This document shows, in pieces, positions 1-13,002 of a DNA stretch of 64,000 nucleotides (position 1 is the stretch's first letter; the number at the start of each line of letters is the position of its first letter). Where the stretch lies: contig CAVYJE010000027.1 of the NCBI GenBank assembly GCA_963768705.1, positions 7,828-71,827 of the forward strand. The letters are read 5' to 3'. The position numbers were made by a program, and so were the translations under genes. This DNA comes from an uncultured Chloroflexia bacterium (GTDB lineage Bacteria; Chloroflexota; Dehalococcoidia; DSTF01; WHTK01). Under the pieces are notes generated by a model. That model saw only the letters and a list, made by a program, of their open reading frames with translations. It was not told the DNA's origin and searched no databases.

Positions 1-1323
1 TGGAACGCAACTACGTCGAGGCGGCGCTGCGGGAGATCATCGTCTCGATGCCGGTGTACCGGACGTACACCCAGCCGGAGCGCGGCGAGATAGAGGACAG
101 CGACCGCGTCATCCTCTCGACGGCGATCAGCGCGGCGCTGGCGCGTCTGCCCGGCGTGGTGCCGGCGCTGTTCCGCGCCCTGCGCTCATTGCTGCTGATG
201 GAACGTCGCGACCGGGAGGCGTGCGAGTTCGTGCTGGCGTTCCAGCAGGTCTCGGGCCCGGCGATGGCGAAGGGCGCCGAGGACACGGCCTTCTACAACC
301 TCAACCGCCTCGTCAGCTTGAACGAGGTCGGTGGCAACCCGGGGAAATTCGGGGCGAACGTTTCGACCTTCCACCGTCTGTGTGCCGCGTACGCCGAGCG
401 CTGGCCGGGCACGATGCTCGCGACCGCCACGCACGACACGAAACGCGGCGAGGACGCCCGCCTGCGCATCGACGCGATCTCCGAGGTGCCGCATGAGTGG
501 TCGATCCTGGTGCGGGGCTGGATGCAGGGCCACGAGGGCCATCAAGACCTACGGCGGCCCGGACGACAACACGCGCTACCTGCTGTATCAGGCGCTGGTG
601 GGCGCCTGGCCGGTGAGCGAGGAGCGCATCGGCGCCTACATGCTCAAGGCGGTGCGAGAGGCCAAGTCCTACACGTCCTGGGTGGAGCCGAACGAGACCT
701 ACGAGACCGCCCTGCAGACCTACATCACGGCCGTACTGGAGAACGAGTCCTTCCAGCAGCAGTGCAGCGCCTTCGCCGAGCGCCTCGACGCGATCGCCCA
801 CCTGTCGTCGCTGTCGCAGACGCTGCTGAAGCTGACGGCGCCGGGCATCCCGGACTTCTACCAGGGCACGGAGCTGTGGGACTGGAGCCTCGTGGACCCC
901 GACAACCGGCGGCCCGTGGACTACGAGAAGCGCCTTGCCCTGCTGCGAGAGGTGCAGGCGCTATCGCCGGCGGACGTGCAGCAGCGCTGGGACGAGGGCC
1001 TGCCGAAGCTCTGGCTGATCTGGAAGACACTGGAGCTGCGAGAGGAGAGTCCGGAGCTATTCCGAGGCCTCTATGCACCGGCGCTCGCCAGCGGGCCCAA
1101 CGCCGAGAGCGTGATCGCCTTCGTGCGGGCGGGCAAGTCGATGACTGTGGTGCCACGACTGACGCAGCGCTTCTCGGACGCGGAGGAGACGACGGTCGCG
1201 GTGCCGGGCGGCAAGTGGCGCAACGCCTTCACCAACGCGCGCATCAAAGGTGGCGACGTGCCGATCAAGACACTGCTGGCCGACTTCCCGGTCGCCTTTC
1301 TGGTCAAGGAGGCGGCCTCATGA
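1..1323 (+). CDS. treY: malto-oligosyltrehalose synthase, 5'-truncated by the window edge, frameshift near 540
   Basis: Motifs QQVSGPAMAKGAEDTAFY, LVSLNEVGG, ATHDTKRGED (ORF 48) and PGIPDFYQGTELWDWSLVDPDNRRPVDY (ORF 331..1323). Confidence 0.93.
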
Positions 1324-3124
1324 GCGAGTTCCGGGTGTGGGCGCCGCTTGCGAAACGGGTCGATATTCTCGCCCTGGGCCAGCGGCGGCCCATGACGCGC
1401 GACGGCGGCTGGTGGCGCATTGAGCTGCCGGAGGTAGACCGCGGGGTGAATCCCGCGGCAACGGAGGCTGAGACACACCGCGGGCTGAACCCCGCGGCAT
1501 CAACCACAAGCCCGGGCGTCGACTACGCGTTCCACATTGATGGGCAGGGGCCGTTCCCCGACCCGCGCTCGCCGCTGCAGCCCAACGGCGTCGACCGGCC
1601 TTCGCGCTACGGTCGACCACGCGGCGTTCGCGTGGCAGCACGACGCGTGGCCAATGGTGCCCCTGGCGGACGCCGTGATCTACGAGATGCACGCGGGCAC
1701 GTTCACGCCCGGCGGCACATTCGACAGCGCGATCGAGAGGCTGGACCACCTCGTGGCCCTGGGCATCACGCACGTCGAAGTCATGCCGGTGGCGCACTTC
1801 TCCGGTAGCCGCGGTTGGGGCTATGACGGCGTCGACCTGTATGCGCCGCACACGGCCTACGGCGGTCCGGAGGCGCTCAAGCGCTTCGTGGACGCCTGTC
1901 ACGGCCGTGGCCTGCGGGTGCTGCTGGACGTCGTGTACAACCACCTGGGGCCGTCCGGCAACTACACGGAGCGCTTCGGGCCGTACTTCACGGAGCGTTA
2001 TCACACGCCGTGGGGCAAGGCGCTGAACTACGACCAGGCCTATTCGGACGAGGTGCGGCGCTACGTCGTCGACAACGTCCTGATGTGGCTGCGGGACTAT
2101 CGCTTCGACGGCCTGCGCCTCGACGCGGTGCACGCCATCCTCGACCAGTCGGCGGTGCACCTGCTGGAGCAGATCGCGGTCGAGACGCGGGCACTGGAGC
2201 AGCGCGACGGGCCGACGCTACGACATCATCGCCGAGAGCGACCTCAACGACCCGCGCCTGGTACGGGACATCGAGCACGGCGGTTTCGGGCTCGACGGCG
2301 CCTGGAGCGACGACTTCCATCACGCCCTGCACGCCCTGCTCACGGGCGAGACGGCCGGCTACTACGCCGACTTCGGCGGCATCGGTCACCTGGCGGACGC
2401 CCTGCAGCGCACCTACGTCTACGACGGGCGCTACTCGCCCTACCGTAACCGCACACACGGCCGGCCCGTGGGGGAGACACCGGCGAGCAAGTTCGTGATC
2501 GCGGCCCAGAACCACGACCAGGTGGGCAACCGGGCTGTCGGCGAGCGCCTGGAGCACCTCGTGGGCATCGGCCGGGCAAAGATTGCCGCCGCCGTGCTGC
2601 TGACGGCGCCGGGCGTGCCGTTGCTGTTCCAGGGTGAGGAGTGGGCCGCGTCCTCGCCGTTCCAGTACTTCACGGCGCACGAGGACCCGGCCCTCGGCAA
2701 GGCCGTCAGCGAGGGACGCCGTCGCGAGTTCGCCGCGTTTGGCTGGGAACCCTCGCAGGTGCCGGACCCGCAGGACATCGCGACGTTCGAGCGCTCACGT
2801 CTCGACTGGGGCGAGGTCGAGCGCGCTCCCCACGCCGAGATGCTGGCTTGGTACCGAGACCTCATCGCCCTGCGCCGCCAGTCGCCCGAGCTGCGTGACG
2901 ATGACCTGCGCAACGTGCACATTACCTACGACGAAGACGCCCGCTGGCTCACGATGACCCGCGGTGCGGTTACGATGGCGTTCAACCTGGCATCGGAAGC
3001 TCGCGAGCTGGACGTAACGCCCAATTCGGCGCTCGTGCTGGCCAGCGATAGCTCCATCACACTCACCGGCACGACTTTGCGCCTGCCGCCTGACACCGTA
3101 GCGGTCGTCAGGTCCGGCGCTTGA
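1320..3124 (+). CDS. treZ: malto-oligosyltrehalose trehalohydrolase (GH13), frameshifts near 1610 and 2210
   Basis: ATGA overlap with the treY stop; [67 protein letters not shown] across three frames. Confidence 0.93.
1439..1501. repeat. two degenerate REP family A palindromes inside treZ, in frame
   Basis: ccgcggg-gtgaat-cccgcgg (1439-1458) and caccgcgggctgaaccccgcggcatc (1476-1501) match the intergenic cactgcgggatgaatcccgcagctac. Confidence 0.75.
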
Positions 3125-3131
3125 GAGCGAT

Positions 3132-5279
<2,148 letters not shown>

Positions 5280-5345
5280 CGGTTCCAGAGCGCCTCGCTT
5301 GCCCGTGGGCGCCTCGACCGGTACCATGGATCGAAGCGAGCGCCC

Positions 5346-6685
5346 TTGAAACGCCTGTACTCTTCCCCGCCGCACTCCTCGTCCTGCTGCTCTCGGCCTG
5401 CGGCGGCGGCGCCAACACCCCCGCCGGACGCATCGCCTGCCGCGACTGCGACGGTTGCGGCCACGGCGCCGGCGGACTGGCGTATCGGGGCTCAGCGACG
5501 CGGTACGAGCAGCGCGTCGAGGCCGCGTCCTGGTACAGCGACGGCAACTACGACAGCGCCGGCGCCAACCTCCTCGATCTGATCACGGACCACAGCCCCC
5601 TGTGGCGCGACGCCGACAGCCTGGCCCTGCTGGACGCCTACCCAGACGGCATCCCGGACGAGACGCTCTCGATCGCGACGACCTACGCGCGCATGACCCT
5701 GCGGAACCTCGAAGAGGTAATCCGGGACCCGTGGCTGGCAGACGGCATCGATGACTACGAGCGGGCGATCATGGCGGCAGTTTCGGAGCGCCCCGTCTCT
5801 TCGGCGGCCCTGAGACATGCAATGGAGGAGGGCTTCTTTCGCCAGACCTACGAGACCGACCCAGAGCTTCTGACCGCCGTACGCATCGACGCCGTGGGCT
5901 CGCTCTCGCCCCACGTGCTGGAGCTACTGGAAAAGAAGGACTGGTTCACCGATGGCATCGATTCCTATGAAGCGAGCCTGCTGGGCGTGATCAACATCCT
6001 CCTGAGCGTCGATGAGCAGATCCGCATCCTCGACACAGAGGACTACCACCGCCTGCCTCTGAGCACGGGCGACATCGCTGTCGTCTACTTCGGGGACCCG
6101 GAGCGCAGCGCGAAGGCACAGGAGGTTGCTGCTGCCTGGATGGAGAAGATCGAGGCGTTCGTGGGCCCCTTCCGGCCCGTCGGGCTCGTGATCGACACGA
6201 CGCCGGTCCGCGATGCGGACGCCTGCCACACAGCCGATGGCGGCGGTACGCGCCCGGGCCGCATCGCCCTGCCGGCCGACTTCTGCTTCCAGTCGCCGGT
6301 CGTGATCCATGAGCTGACGCACGCCTTCGTCGGCGGCCGCTACCCCACGTGGTTTGCGGAGGGTGTCGCGGAGGTCGTGGCGTATCACCTCACAGGCACT
6401 CGCGCCGGCTACACGGGCGGGGAAGGCACGATCGACCTCGACGGGCGTTACTTCGTGCTCAGCGGCCCGTACAACAACCAGGCCGCGCTCGGCGCCGACT
6501 TCCTCGAAGCGCTCTACAACCTCGCGGGCGCGGACGAGATGTCGGTGTTCATCAAGGACGTGGCGGGCCAGAGCATGAGCGGCGAAGACCTGCTGGCCCG
6601 CATCCGCCAGATGAAGGTCGACGACCCGCAGGCGCTCGAGGATCTGATCGCGGACTCATTCGGCGTCACGCTGGCATCGCCCTAG
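5346..6685 (+). CDS. secreted/lipoprotein with C-terminal gluzincin-like metallopeptidase domain, frameshift near 5370
   Basis: Signal-like N terminus (LVLLLSAC after frame correction); VVIHELTHAF followed by WFAEGVAE (HEXXH...E). Confidence 0.6.
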
Positions 6686-6689
6686 GCAG

Positions 6690-6730
6690 ATTGTCAGTTC
6701 TCAGTCGGTACTTCTTGGTTTTCTAGTTCT
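6690..6730. repeat. degenerate heptamer tandem repeat
   Basis: ttgtcag-ttctcag-...-ttcttgg-ttttcta-gttct, between convergent genes. Confidence 0.55.
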
Positions 6731-6751
6731 CCTCGACGCCGCCCGCCACCG

Positions 6752-7448
6752 CTACGAGCTTGGCTTCGTGATGACGCTCGAAAGCCACTGGTTCACCGGG
6801 CTCAAAGCCTGGAAGTGCCCGAAGCAGTAGTCGACGAAGCCATGGCTGACGACTTCGTCCGGAATCGGCGCTTCGAGGTTGGCGTTCAGGCCCTCGAAGC
6901 GCAGGTAGCGGGCGCGCGGGTGGTTGGCGTCGTAGCCTCTCGGCACCGTCTTGCGGCTCTCGCCACCGACGATGTACGGCCCGGCGCTGGTGATGGCCGC
7001 GATGGTCTCTTCCAGCGCCCTGCCCAGCGCTTCGTCCACCACGGCGTGACGGAACACCTCCAGGCCGGGCTTGCTGAAGCTGTGCATGCCGGCGCCCAGG
7101 ATCATCTCGTCCTGCAGGAGTCGCATGAAGTAGCCGGGCGACTCCCAACCTTTGCGTTCGCCCTGCCAGAACCACATGTCGATGTGGTTCTTGTACGGTG
7201 TCTTGTCTTTCGAGAAACGGACGTCGCGGTTGATGCGGAATAGCGACCCGTTGACCCGCGCCTCGAAGCGCACGTCGCCGGGCAGGGTCTGGAGCTTCGG
7301 TCCCAGCGCCTCGATGAAACGCCAGCGCCGGTTCCAGGTAGAACGCCTCGTAGCGCTTGCGGTTGGCCTCGAACCAGGGCTTCTCGTTGTTGGCGGTGAG
7401 CTCGGCGAGGAAGAGAAACGTCTCGTCCGGGAAGCCTTCGAAGGTCAT
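6752..7448 (-). CDS. DUF2461 family protein, frameshift near 7318
   Basis: FLAELTANNEKPWFEANRKRYE and SLFRINRDVRFSKDKTPYKNH. Confidence 0.88.
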
Positions 7449-7459
7449 GGGGTGCTCCG

Positions 7460-7524
7460 GTTCTTAGTTCTTAGTTCTCAGTTCTTAGTGGTCAGTGGTC
7501 AGTGGTCAGTGGTCAGTGGTCAGT
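7460..7524. repeat. heptamer tandem repeat (GTTCTTA)n-(GTGGTCA)n
   Basis: About 9 consecutive 7-bp units read directly. Confidence 0.9.
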
Positions 7525-7533
7525 CCCTGAGGA

Positions 7534-7676
7534 TGTCATGTTGAGCCTCGCGAAGCATCTGCGGGTGTCCGTGCCAGGACGAGCTTCGGGTTACACGCTG
7601 GCGTTTCAACGGGCGTGCTGGAGCGTCGCAAATCGCGCGAGAGCCTGTAGATGCTTCGCTATCGCTCAGCATGACA
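7534..7676. repeat. REP/MITE-like inverted pair, family G
   Basis: tgtcatgttgagcctcgcgaagcatct ... agatgcttcgctatcgctcagcatgaca; a half copy lies at 35438-35463. Confidence 0.8.
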
Positions 7677-7752
7677 GCGTGAGAGCCTCGACACGTGCTT
7701 GCGATCCCGAGACGTAGTTCCCTGTTCTGGCCCGGGGTGAGGGCCTGGCGCA

Positions 7753-9051
7753 TCAGCCTCCCACCTCATGCAGGCGGCGCTGGAGGTAGCGTTGCTCTAC
7801 CGGGTTGGCGCACAGCTCCAGGGCGCGCCGATACGCCGTCGCTGCGGCATCGGGGCGAGCGGCGCGACGCAGGAGGTCGGCTTTGGCGGCGTGGAGGAGG
7901 TAGTAGTCGTCCAGGGCGCCTTCGGCCTCGAGGCCTTCGATCAGACGCAGGCCGGCGTCCGGGCCCCAGGCCATGGCAGCGGCGGCGGCGCGGTTGAGCT
8001 CGACGACGGGGCTGGGCTGCAGGCGCAGGAGCTCGTTGTAGAGCGCGGCGATCTGGCGCCAATCGGTGTCTCCGGAGCGCAGCGGCTCCGCGTGCAGGGC
8101 GGCGATGGCGGCCTGGAGCTGGTACGGCCCGGCATGCCGCATGCGCAGTGCCCGCTGCACCAGCACCGTGCCCTCCTCGATGCGCCCTCGGTCCCACAGC
8201 GTCCGGTCCTGCTCCTCCAGCGTGCGCATCTCGCCCGAGGCGTCGGTGCGGGCATTGCGCCGGGAGTCGATGAGGAGAATGAGCGACAGCAGGCCCAGCA
8301 CTTCCGGCTCGTCGGGCATCAGGGTCGCCAGGAGGCGGCCAAGGCGGATGGCCTCGTCGCACAGCTCGGCGCGCAGGAGGGTCTCGCCGGTCGAGCCGAC
8401 GTAGCCTTCGTTGAAGATCAGGTAGAGCACGGCGAGGACGCCGTTGAGCCGATCCGGCAGGGCGTGCTCTTCGGGTACCTGGTAGGGGATGCGGGCGTCG
8501 CGGATCTTGCCCCTGGCGCGGGTGAGGCGCTTCGCCATCGTCTCCTGGTTGACGAGGAAGGCGCGCGCGATCTCGGGCGTCTCCAGCCCGGCGACGGTGC
8601 GCAGGGTCAGCGCCACCTGCGATTCGAGGGCGAGCGCCGGGTGGCAGCAGGTGAAGATCAGGCGCAGACGGTCGTCTTGCAGCACGTGGTCCTCCGCCTC
8701 CTCTGGTACCGAGCCCTGTTCGGCCTGCTCCTGCAGCAACAGCGACTTGAGCTGCTCTTGCTTGCGCGCGAGGTTCTGACCGCGTCGCAACTGGTCGATG
8801 GCCTTGCGGCGGGCCGTCGTGATGATCCAGGCATCGGGGCGCTGCGGCACGCCATCGAGGGGCCAGCGTTCGAGCGCGGCGATCAGCGCCTCCTGGAAGG
8901 CGTCCTCGGCGAGCTGGAAGTCGCCTCCGCAGGCGCCGATCAGGGTCGCCACGATGCGGGTACCGTGTTCGGCAGCGACGGCCTCCACCGCGCGACGAGC
9001 CGTCTGCCCGTCGCGTGGTGGAGCACCCCTGAGCTCGCTCGAGGGGTTCAT
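7753..9051 (-). CDS. ECF RNA polymerase sigma factor with C-terminal TPR/DUF6596 extension (YciI-associated type)
   Basis: [67 protein letters not shown]. Start uncertain (9051 or 9156). Confidence 0.88.
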   Translation of the reverse strand: MNPSSELRGAPPRDGQTARRAVEAVAAEHGTRIVATLIGACGGDFQLAEDAFQEALIAALERWPLDGVPQRPDAWIITTARRKAIDQLRRGQNLARKQEQLKSLLLQEQAEQGSVPEEAEDHVLQDDRLRLIFTCCHPALALESQVALTLRTVAGLETPEIARAFLVNQETMAKRLTRARGKIRDARIPYQVPEEHALPDRLNGVLAVLYLIFNEGYVGSTGETLLRAELCDEAIRLGRLLATLMPDEPEVLGLLSLILLIDSRRNARTDASGEMRTLEEQDRTLWDRGRIEEGTVLVQRALRMRHAGPYQLQAAIAALHAEPLRSGDTDWRQIAALYNELLRLQPSPVVELNRAAAAAMAWGPDAGLRLIEGLEAEGALDDYYLLHAAKADLLRRAARPDAAATAYRRALELCANPVEQRYLQRRLHEVGG

Positions 9052-9092
9052 CCTGAGCCTGTCGGAGGGACCGCCTGCTGCACGATCGAGTG

Positions 9093-9441
9093 CTAGCCCA
9101 TGCTGTCGCCGAAGTCGACCACGGGGCGCACTTCGACGTGGCCGGTCGGCGCCCACGGGATCATCGCGGCGAGCTTGATCGCGACGTCAAGGTTCTCGCA
9201 ATCGAAGATGTAGTAGCCGCCGAGCTGCTCTTTGGTGTCTGAAAAGGGGCCATCGGTCGTGATCGTCTTGCCGTCGCGCACAGTGACGACGGTGGCGGTG
9301 CTGGACGGGATGCAACGCCTCACCGGAATCCTGGGTGGCGATCTTGGCGGCGTCCTCGCCGAACTTGATCCACGGCGCCATCGCGTCGGGCGTCATGTCC
9401 ATGGGCTCTTCTTCGTGGAACAACATCAGCATGTACTTCAT
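9093..9441 (-). CDS. YciI/DGPF family protein, frameshift near 9305
   Basis: MKYMLML...GEALHP, then [21 protein letters not shown]...VEVRPV; directly upstream of the ECF sigma gene. Confidence 0.9.
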
Positions 9442-9566
9442 GGGAGCTTGCGTCCTTTCGTCTACGGTGCAGGCCCGTACCTGCGTCCGATATTAGACGA
9501 ACGCGAGGGGCGCGAAAGGACAGGACTCTACAAGGAATCGTGAAATCTGCGGCGGCAGCGGCTGAG

Positions 9567-9785
9567 CTACAGGAGCTCTTTCTTCTTCACGGCCGTGACG
9601 ATGCTCAGGAGCTTCTCGACCAACACGACGTCGCCCTCGGACGGCGATGGGTAGACGACGTCATGGGCGAGACGCACCTCGTGGACCAGGTCGGGCGTAT
9701 CGGCGTAGGAGAGGAACATCTGGTAGTAGACGACGCCGTGAAGCTCGTAGGGGTTCAGTTTGCGGATGATCGCTTCTTGCGGCAT
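9567..9785 (-). CDS. small hypothetical protein downstream of rex
   Basis: 72-aa ORF with genome-typical codon usage and GGAGG upstream. Confidence 0.65.
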   Translation of the reverse strand: MPQEAIIRKLNPYELHGVVYYQMFLSYADTPDLVHEVRLAHDVVYPSPSEGDVVLVEKLLSIVTAVKKKELL

Positions 9786-9835
9786 ATGCGTGCCCTCCCG
9801 GTGACGGATGGATGCGATGCGAACTACTAAGAAGC

Positions 9836-10474
9836 CTAGCTCGACTGAGCAGCCGATGTCTTGAGATAGAAGGTCATGCTCTGGAGGGCGAGCACCGGGT
9901 CGATGTTCTTCACCTCGACCGTGTCGGGCACGGAGACGGAGGTTGGGGCGTAGTTGAGGATAGCGCGAATGCCGCCCGCCACCAGGACGTTCATGATCGA
10001 CGCGGCGGCCTCGGGCGGCACGGCGACGATGCCGATGTCAATCTGGCGCGCGACGAGGTAATCCTTGAGCCCATCCGTGTTGTGGATGGCCACGCCGCCG
10101 ATCTCCTGACCGACGATGGCGGGGTCGCTGTCGAAGGCATCGATGATGATAAAGCCCTGAGGATGGAAGCCGTCGTAGGTCAGGATCGCCTGTCCGAGGT
10201 GACCGACGCCCACAAGGATCATCGACCACTGGCGGTCCAGGCCGAGAATCTGACGTAGTTCCTGGGCGAGGCGCTGCACGTTGTAGCCGCGTCCCTGCTT
10301 GCCAAAGCGCCCGAAGTAGCTGAGGTCCTTGCGTATCTGGGCCGGCGTCACTCCCAGCACCTCGCCGAGCTCCTGGGAGCTAACGACATCGCGGCCTCGA
10401 GACTCGAGATCTGTGAGGGCGCGGGCGTATACGGGGAGTCTGTCGATAACGACTGCCGGTATCTCGATCGGCAC
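9836..10474 (-). CDS. rex: redox-sensing transcriptional repressor Rex
   Basis: IPAVVIDRLPVY, SSQELG, QIRKDLSYFGRFGKQGRGY, GVGHLG, AILNYAP. Confidence 0.96.
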   Translation of the reverse strand: MPIEIPAVVIDRLPVYARALTDLESRGRDVVSSQELGEVLGVTPAQIRKDLSYFGRFGKQGRGYNVQRLAQELRQILGLDRQWSMILVGVGHLGQAILTYDGFHPQGFIIIDAFDSDPAIVGQEIGGVAIHNTDGLKDYLVARQIDIGIVAVPPEAAASIMNVLVAGGIRAILNYAPTSVSVPDTVEVKNIDPVLALQSMTFYLKTSAAQSS

Positions 10475-10496
10475 GATTTCACACCCGCTTGCTAGA

Positions 10497-10514
10497 TTGC
10501 GTATTAAGTCACAA
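10497..10514. promoter_or_regulatory. putative Rex operator
   Basis: TTGCGTATTAAGTCACAA compared with the Rex consensus TTGTGAA-N4-TTCACAA, 23 bp upstream of the rex start. Confidence 0.7.
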
Positions 10515-10649
10515 GTTTAGGTTGGAGCACGATCTAGGTCAATCGTTCTACGAAGAAATTAGCGACTGGATTAGCCAATACTAATGATTCACGTCTGCCA
10601 TAAGACGTAAGGGGCGCTTCTGGGCTAGAATCGAAGTGAGGCTCGCCGC

Positions 10650-11366
10650 TTGCTCATAACCTACCTGGATCTCCTGTCAGAGAGCGTCACGATGTTCGCC
10701 GTATTCTTCGGCTCCGCAATCGTCGCTCTCGTCGCAGGCGTCACCTTTCACGAATTCAGCCACGCTTTCGTCGCCGACCGCCTCGGTGACGGCACCGCGC
10801 GCATGATGGGCCGCGTCAGCCTGAAGCCTTCACACCACCTCGACCCCGCCGGGAGTATGTTCATGCTCCTGGCCGGCTTCGGTTGGGGCAAACCGGTGCC
10901 GGTGAACCCGATGCGACTGCGCCACGGCCCCCAGACAGGCCGGGCGATGGTCGCGGCGGCAGGACCGGTTTCGAATGTCATCCTGGCGGTGCTCGCGGGG
11001 CTGCCGATCCAGCTCGGCCTCGTCGACTGGTGGAACCCCCTGACGCGACCGTTCAGCCTGAGCCAGTGGAGCACGGGAGACTACGTTGCGCTGTTCCTGG
11101 GTGCGATGATCTTCTTCAACCTTGTGCTGGCCGTGTTCAACCTGCTGCCGTTCGCGCCGCTCGATGGCTTCTCGGTAGCGGTGGGTGTGCTGCCGCGGGA
11201 CCTTTCGATGTCCGTGGCGAAGCTGGAGCAGTACGGGCCGGCGATCCTCATGGTGCTGCTGCTGCTGCCGTTGGTCTCGCGCGGTCAGGTGAGCATCCTG
11301 CACGAGGTCCTGTCGCCGATCATCAACGGGCTCTCAAACATCATCGATGGCCACAGCATCCTCTAG
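10650..11366 (+). CDS. site-2 protease (peptidase M50)
   Basis: HEFSH, GFGWGKPVPVN, AAAGPVSN, FNLLPFAPLDG; several TM segments. Confidence 0.93.
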   Translation: MLITYLDLLSESVTMFAVFFGSAIVALVAGVTFHEFSHAFVADRLGDGTARMMGRVSLKPSHHLDPAGSMFMLLAGFGWGKPVPVNPMRLRHGPQTGRAMVAAAGPVSNVILAVLAGLPIQLGLVDWWNPLTRPFSLSQWSTGDYVALFLGAMIFFNLVLAVFNLLPFAPLDGFSVAVGVLPRDLSMSVAKLEQYGPAILMVLLLLPLVSRGQVSILHEVLSPIINGLSNIIDGHSIL

Positions 11367-11839
11367 AGCCTTCTACCGCTCGCGCCAGGTGTTCCACGCC
11401 CTCTGGCCGCGCATCCCCGCGGACGACCTCGAATACGCCATGCAGCTCATGACGGCGGCGGAAGCGCGCCTGTTCGGCGCCATGGAGCGTCGCGACCAGC
11501 GCCACGCCCTCGAGGTCATGCACCGCTTGCGAGAGGCTACGGAGGAGCGAGACGTGCTAATCGCTGCGCTGCTGCACGACTGCGGCAAGGGCGCGGTGCC
11601 GGTATGGCTGCGCATCCTGCACGTCGTGGCCCCGCAGTTCGGTCGCATCGCGGGCAAGGAAGGCGCACCGGGCTGGCGAGGCTCGGCGTATCGCCTGCAG
11701 CACCACGTCGAGATATCGGCGCGGCTTGTGCAGGAGGCGGGTTGCAGCGAGCTGACAGTGCGCCTGGTCGGCGGCACGCACAGAGAAGACGAGGCAGGAC
11801 CTGGCGCAGCTGCTATATGCGGCGGACGACGCGAGCTGA
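11347..11839 (+). CDS. HD-domain protein, frameshift near 11795
   Basis: DQRHAL, AALLHDCGK; the shifted frame ends LAQLLYAADDAS*. Confidence 0.8.
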
Positions 11840-11946
11840 GTCTGTACGCGTCCTGCCCTCACCCGGCCTATCGGCGACCGCTGAGCGGCATCACCTGAGT
11901 TCCCCTGCGCTGTTCGTCGTTGCGTTCCGCTAAGATGGAAAGCGCG

Positions 11947-12999
11947 ATGGGCAAGGTAACGATTATTGGGCTTGGGCTGATCGGCGGCTCGATGGGGCTG
12001 GCCTTGAAGCGCGCCCAGCCCAAGAACACCGAGATCTGCGGCTACGACGACAACCAGGAAGTCATGGTGCGCGCCCACAAGGCGAAGGTCGTCGACACGA
12101 TCGCGACGAGCATCCAGCACGCCGTGCAGGACGCCAACGTGGTCATCGTCTGCACGCCGATCGTGACGATACGCAAGGTGTTCCGCGAGATGGCGCCGAG
12201 CCTGCAGCGCGGAACCGTCGTCACCGACACGGCTAGCACGAAGTCGGACGTCCTGCGCTGGGCCGACGAGGAGCTGCCGAAGACGGTGTACTTCGTCGGC
12301 GGCCATCCCATGGCGGGCAAGGAAAAGCAGGGCCTGCACTACGCCGAGGCCGAGCTGTTCGACGGCAAGCCCTACGTCGTCGTGCCAGCTGTCGATGCCG
12401 CGCAGGGCGCCGTAAACCAGGTCGTGGCGCTGGCCCAGGTCGTGGGCGCCGAGCCAAGATTCCTCGACGCGGACGAGCACGACTCCTACGCCGCAGCGAT
12501 CTCGCACCTGCCGCTGCTGACCTCCGTGGCACTGTTCAACCTCGCGAAGGGCAGCAACGCCTGGCCGGAGCTTGCCGGCATGTCCGGGCCCGGCTTCCGC
12601 GACCTGACGCGGCTGGCGTCCGGCGAGCCGGAGATGTCGCACGACATCTTCCTGACCAATCGCGAGAACGTGCTGCACTGGCTCAACCGCTACATCGGCG
12701 AGCTGCAGAAGCTGGCCGACCAGATCGACGACCGTGAGGACACGGAGTCGCTATTCAAGTCCCTGACCGACACGCAGATGTCGCGCGACAAGTTCCTCGA
12801 GGAACTGCCGCGGCACCCCGATCCGGTGCCGGTGGCCGACTACCCGGACTCGACCGACACGTTCATGACGATGCTCACGGGCACGCTGTTGCAGAACCGC
12901 GCCAAGGAGCTCACGGGCTACCTGGAGGAGCAGGGGCGCAAGGACGAAGAGGCCGACCGTCTCAAGCGCCGCCGCAAGGACCTCGACGACCTCGACTAG
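11947..12999 (+). CDS. tyrA: prephenate/arogenate dehydrogenase
   Basis: IIGLGLIGGS, DTASTK, FVGGHPMAGKE, HDSYAAAISHLP, GFRDLTRLA. Confidence 0.93.
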   Translation: MGKVTIIGLGLIGGSMGLALKRAQPKNTEICGYDDNQEVMVRAHKAKVVDTIATSIQHAVQDANVVIVCTPIVTIRKVFREMAPSLQRGTVVTDTASTKSDVLRWADEELPKTVYFVGGHPMAGKEKQGLHYAEAELFDGKPYVVVPAVDAAQGAVNQVVALAQVVGAEPRFLDADEHDSYAAAISHLPLLTSVALFNLAKGSNAWPELAGMSGPGFRDLTRLASGEPEMSHDIFLTNRENVLHWLNRYIGELQKLADQIDDREDTESLFKSLTDTQMSRDKFLEELPRHPDPVPVADYPDSTDTFMTMLTGTLLQNRAKELTGYLEEQGRKDEEADRLKRRRKDLDDLD

Positions 13000-13002
13000 C
13001 CC

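Noticed and set aside
7460-7524. CRISPR array in this or the other repeat clusters
   Set aside because: Units are 7-8 bp tandem repeats or dispersed palindromes without regular unique spacers, and there are no cas genes.
7768-9096. Long antisense and alternate-frame ORFs here and throughout the track
   Set aside because: Expected in high-GC DNA opposite real genes; they are Arg/Gly/Pro-rich and show no motifs.
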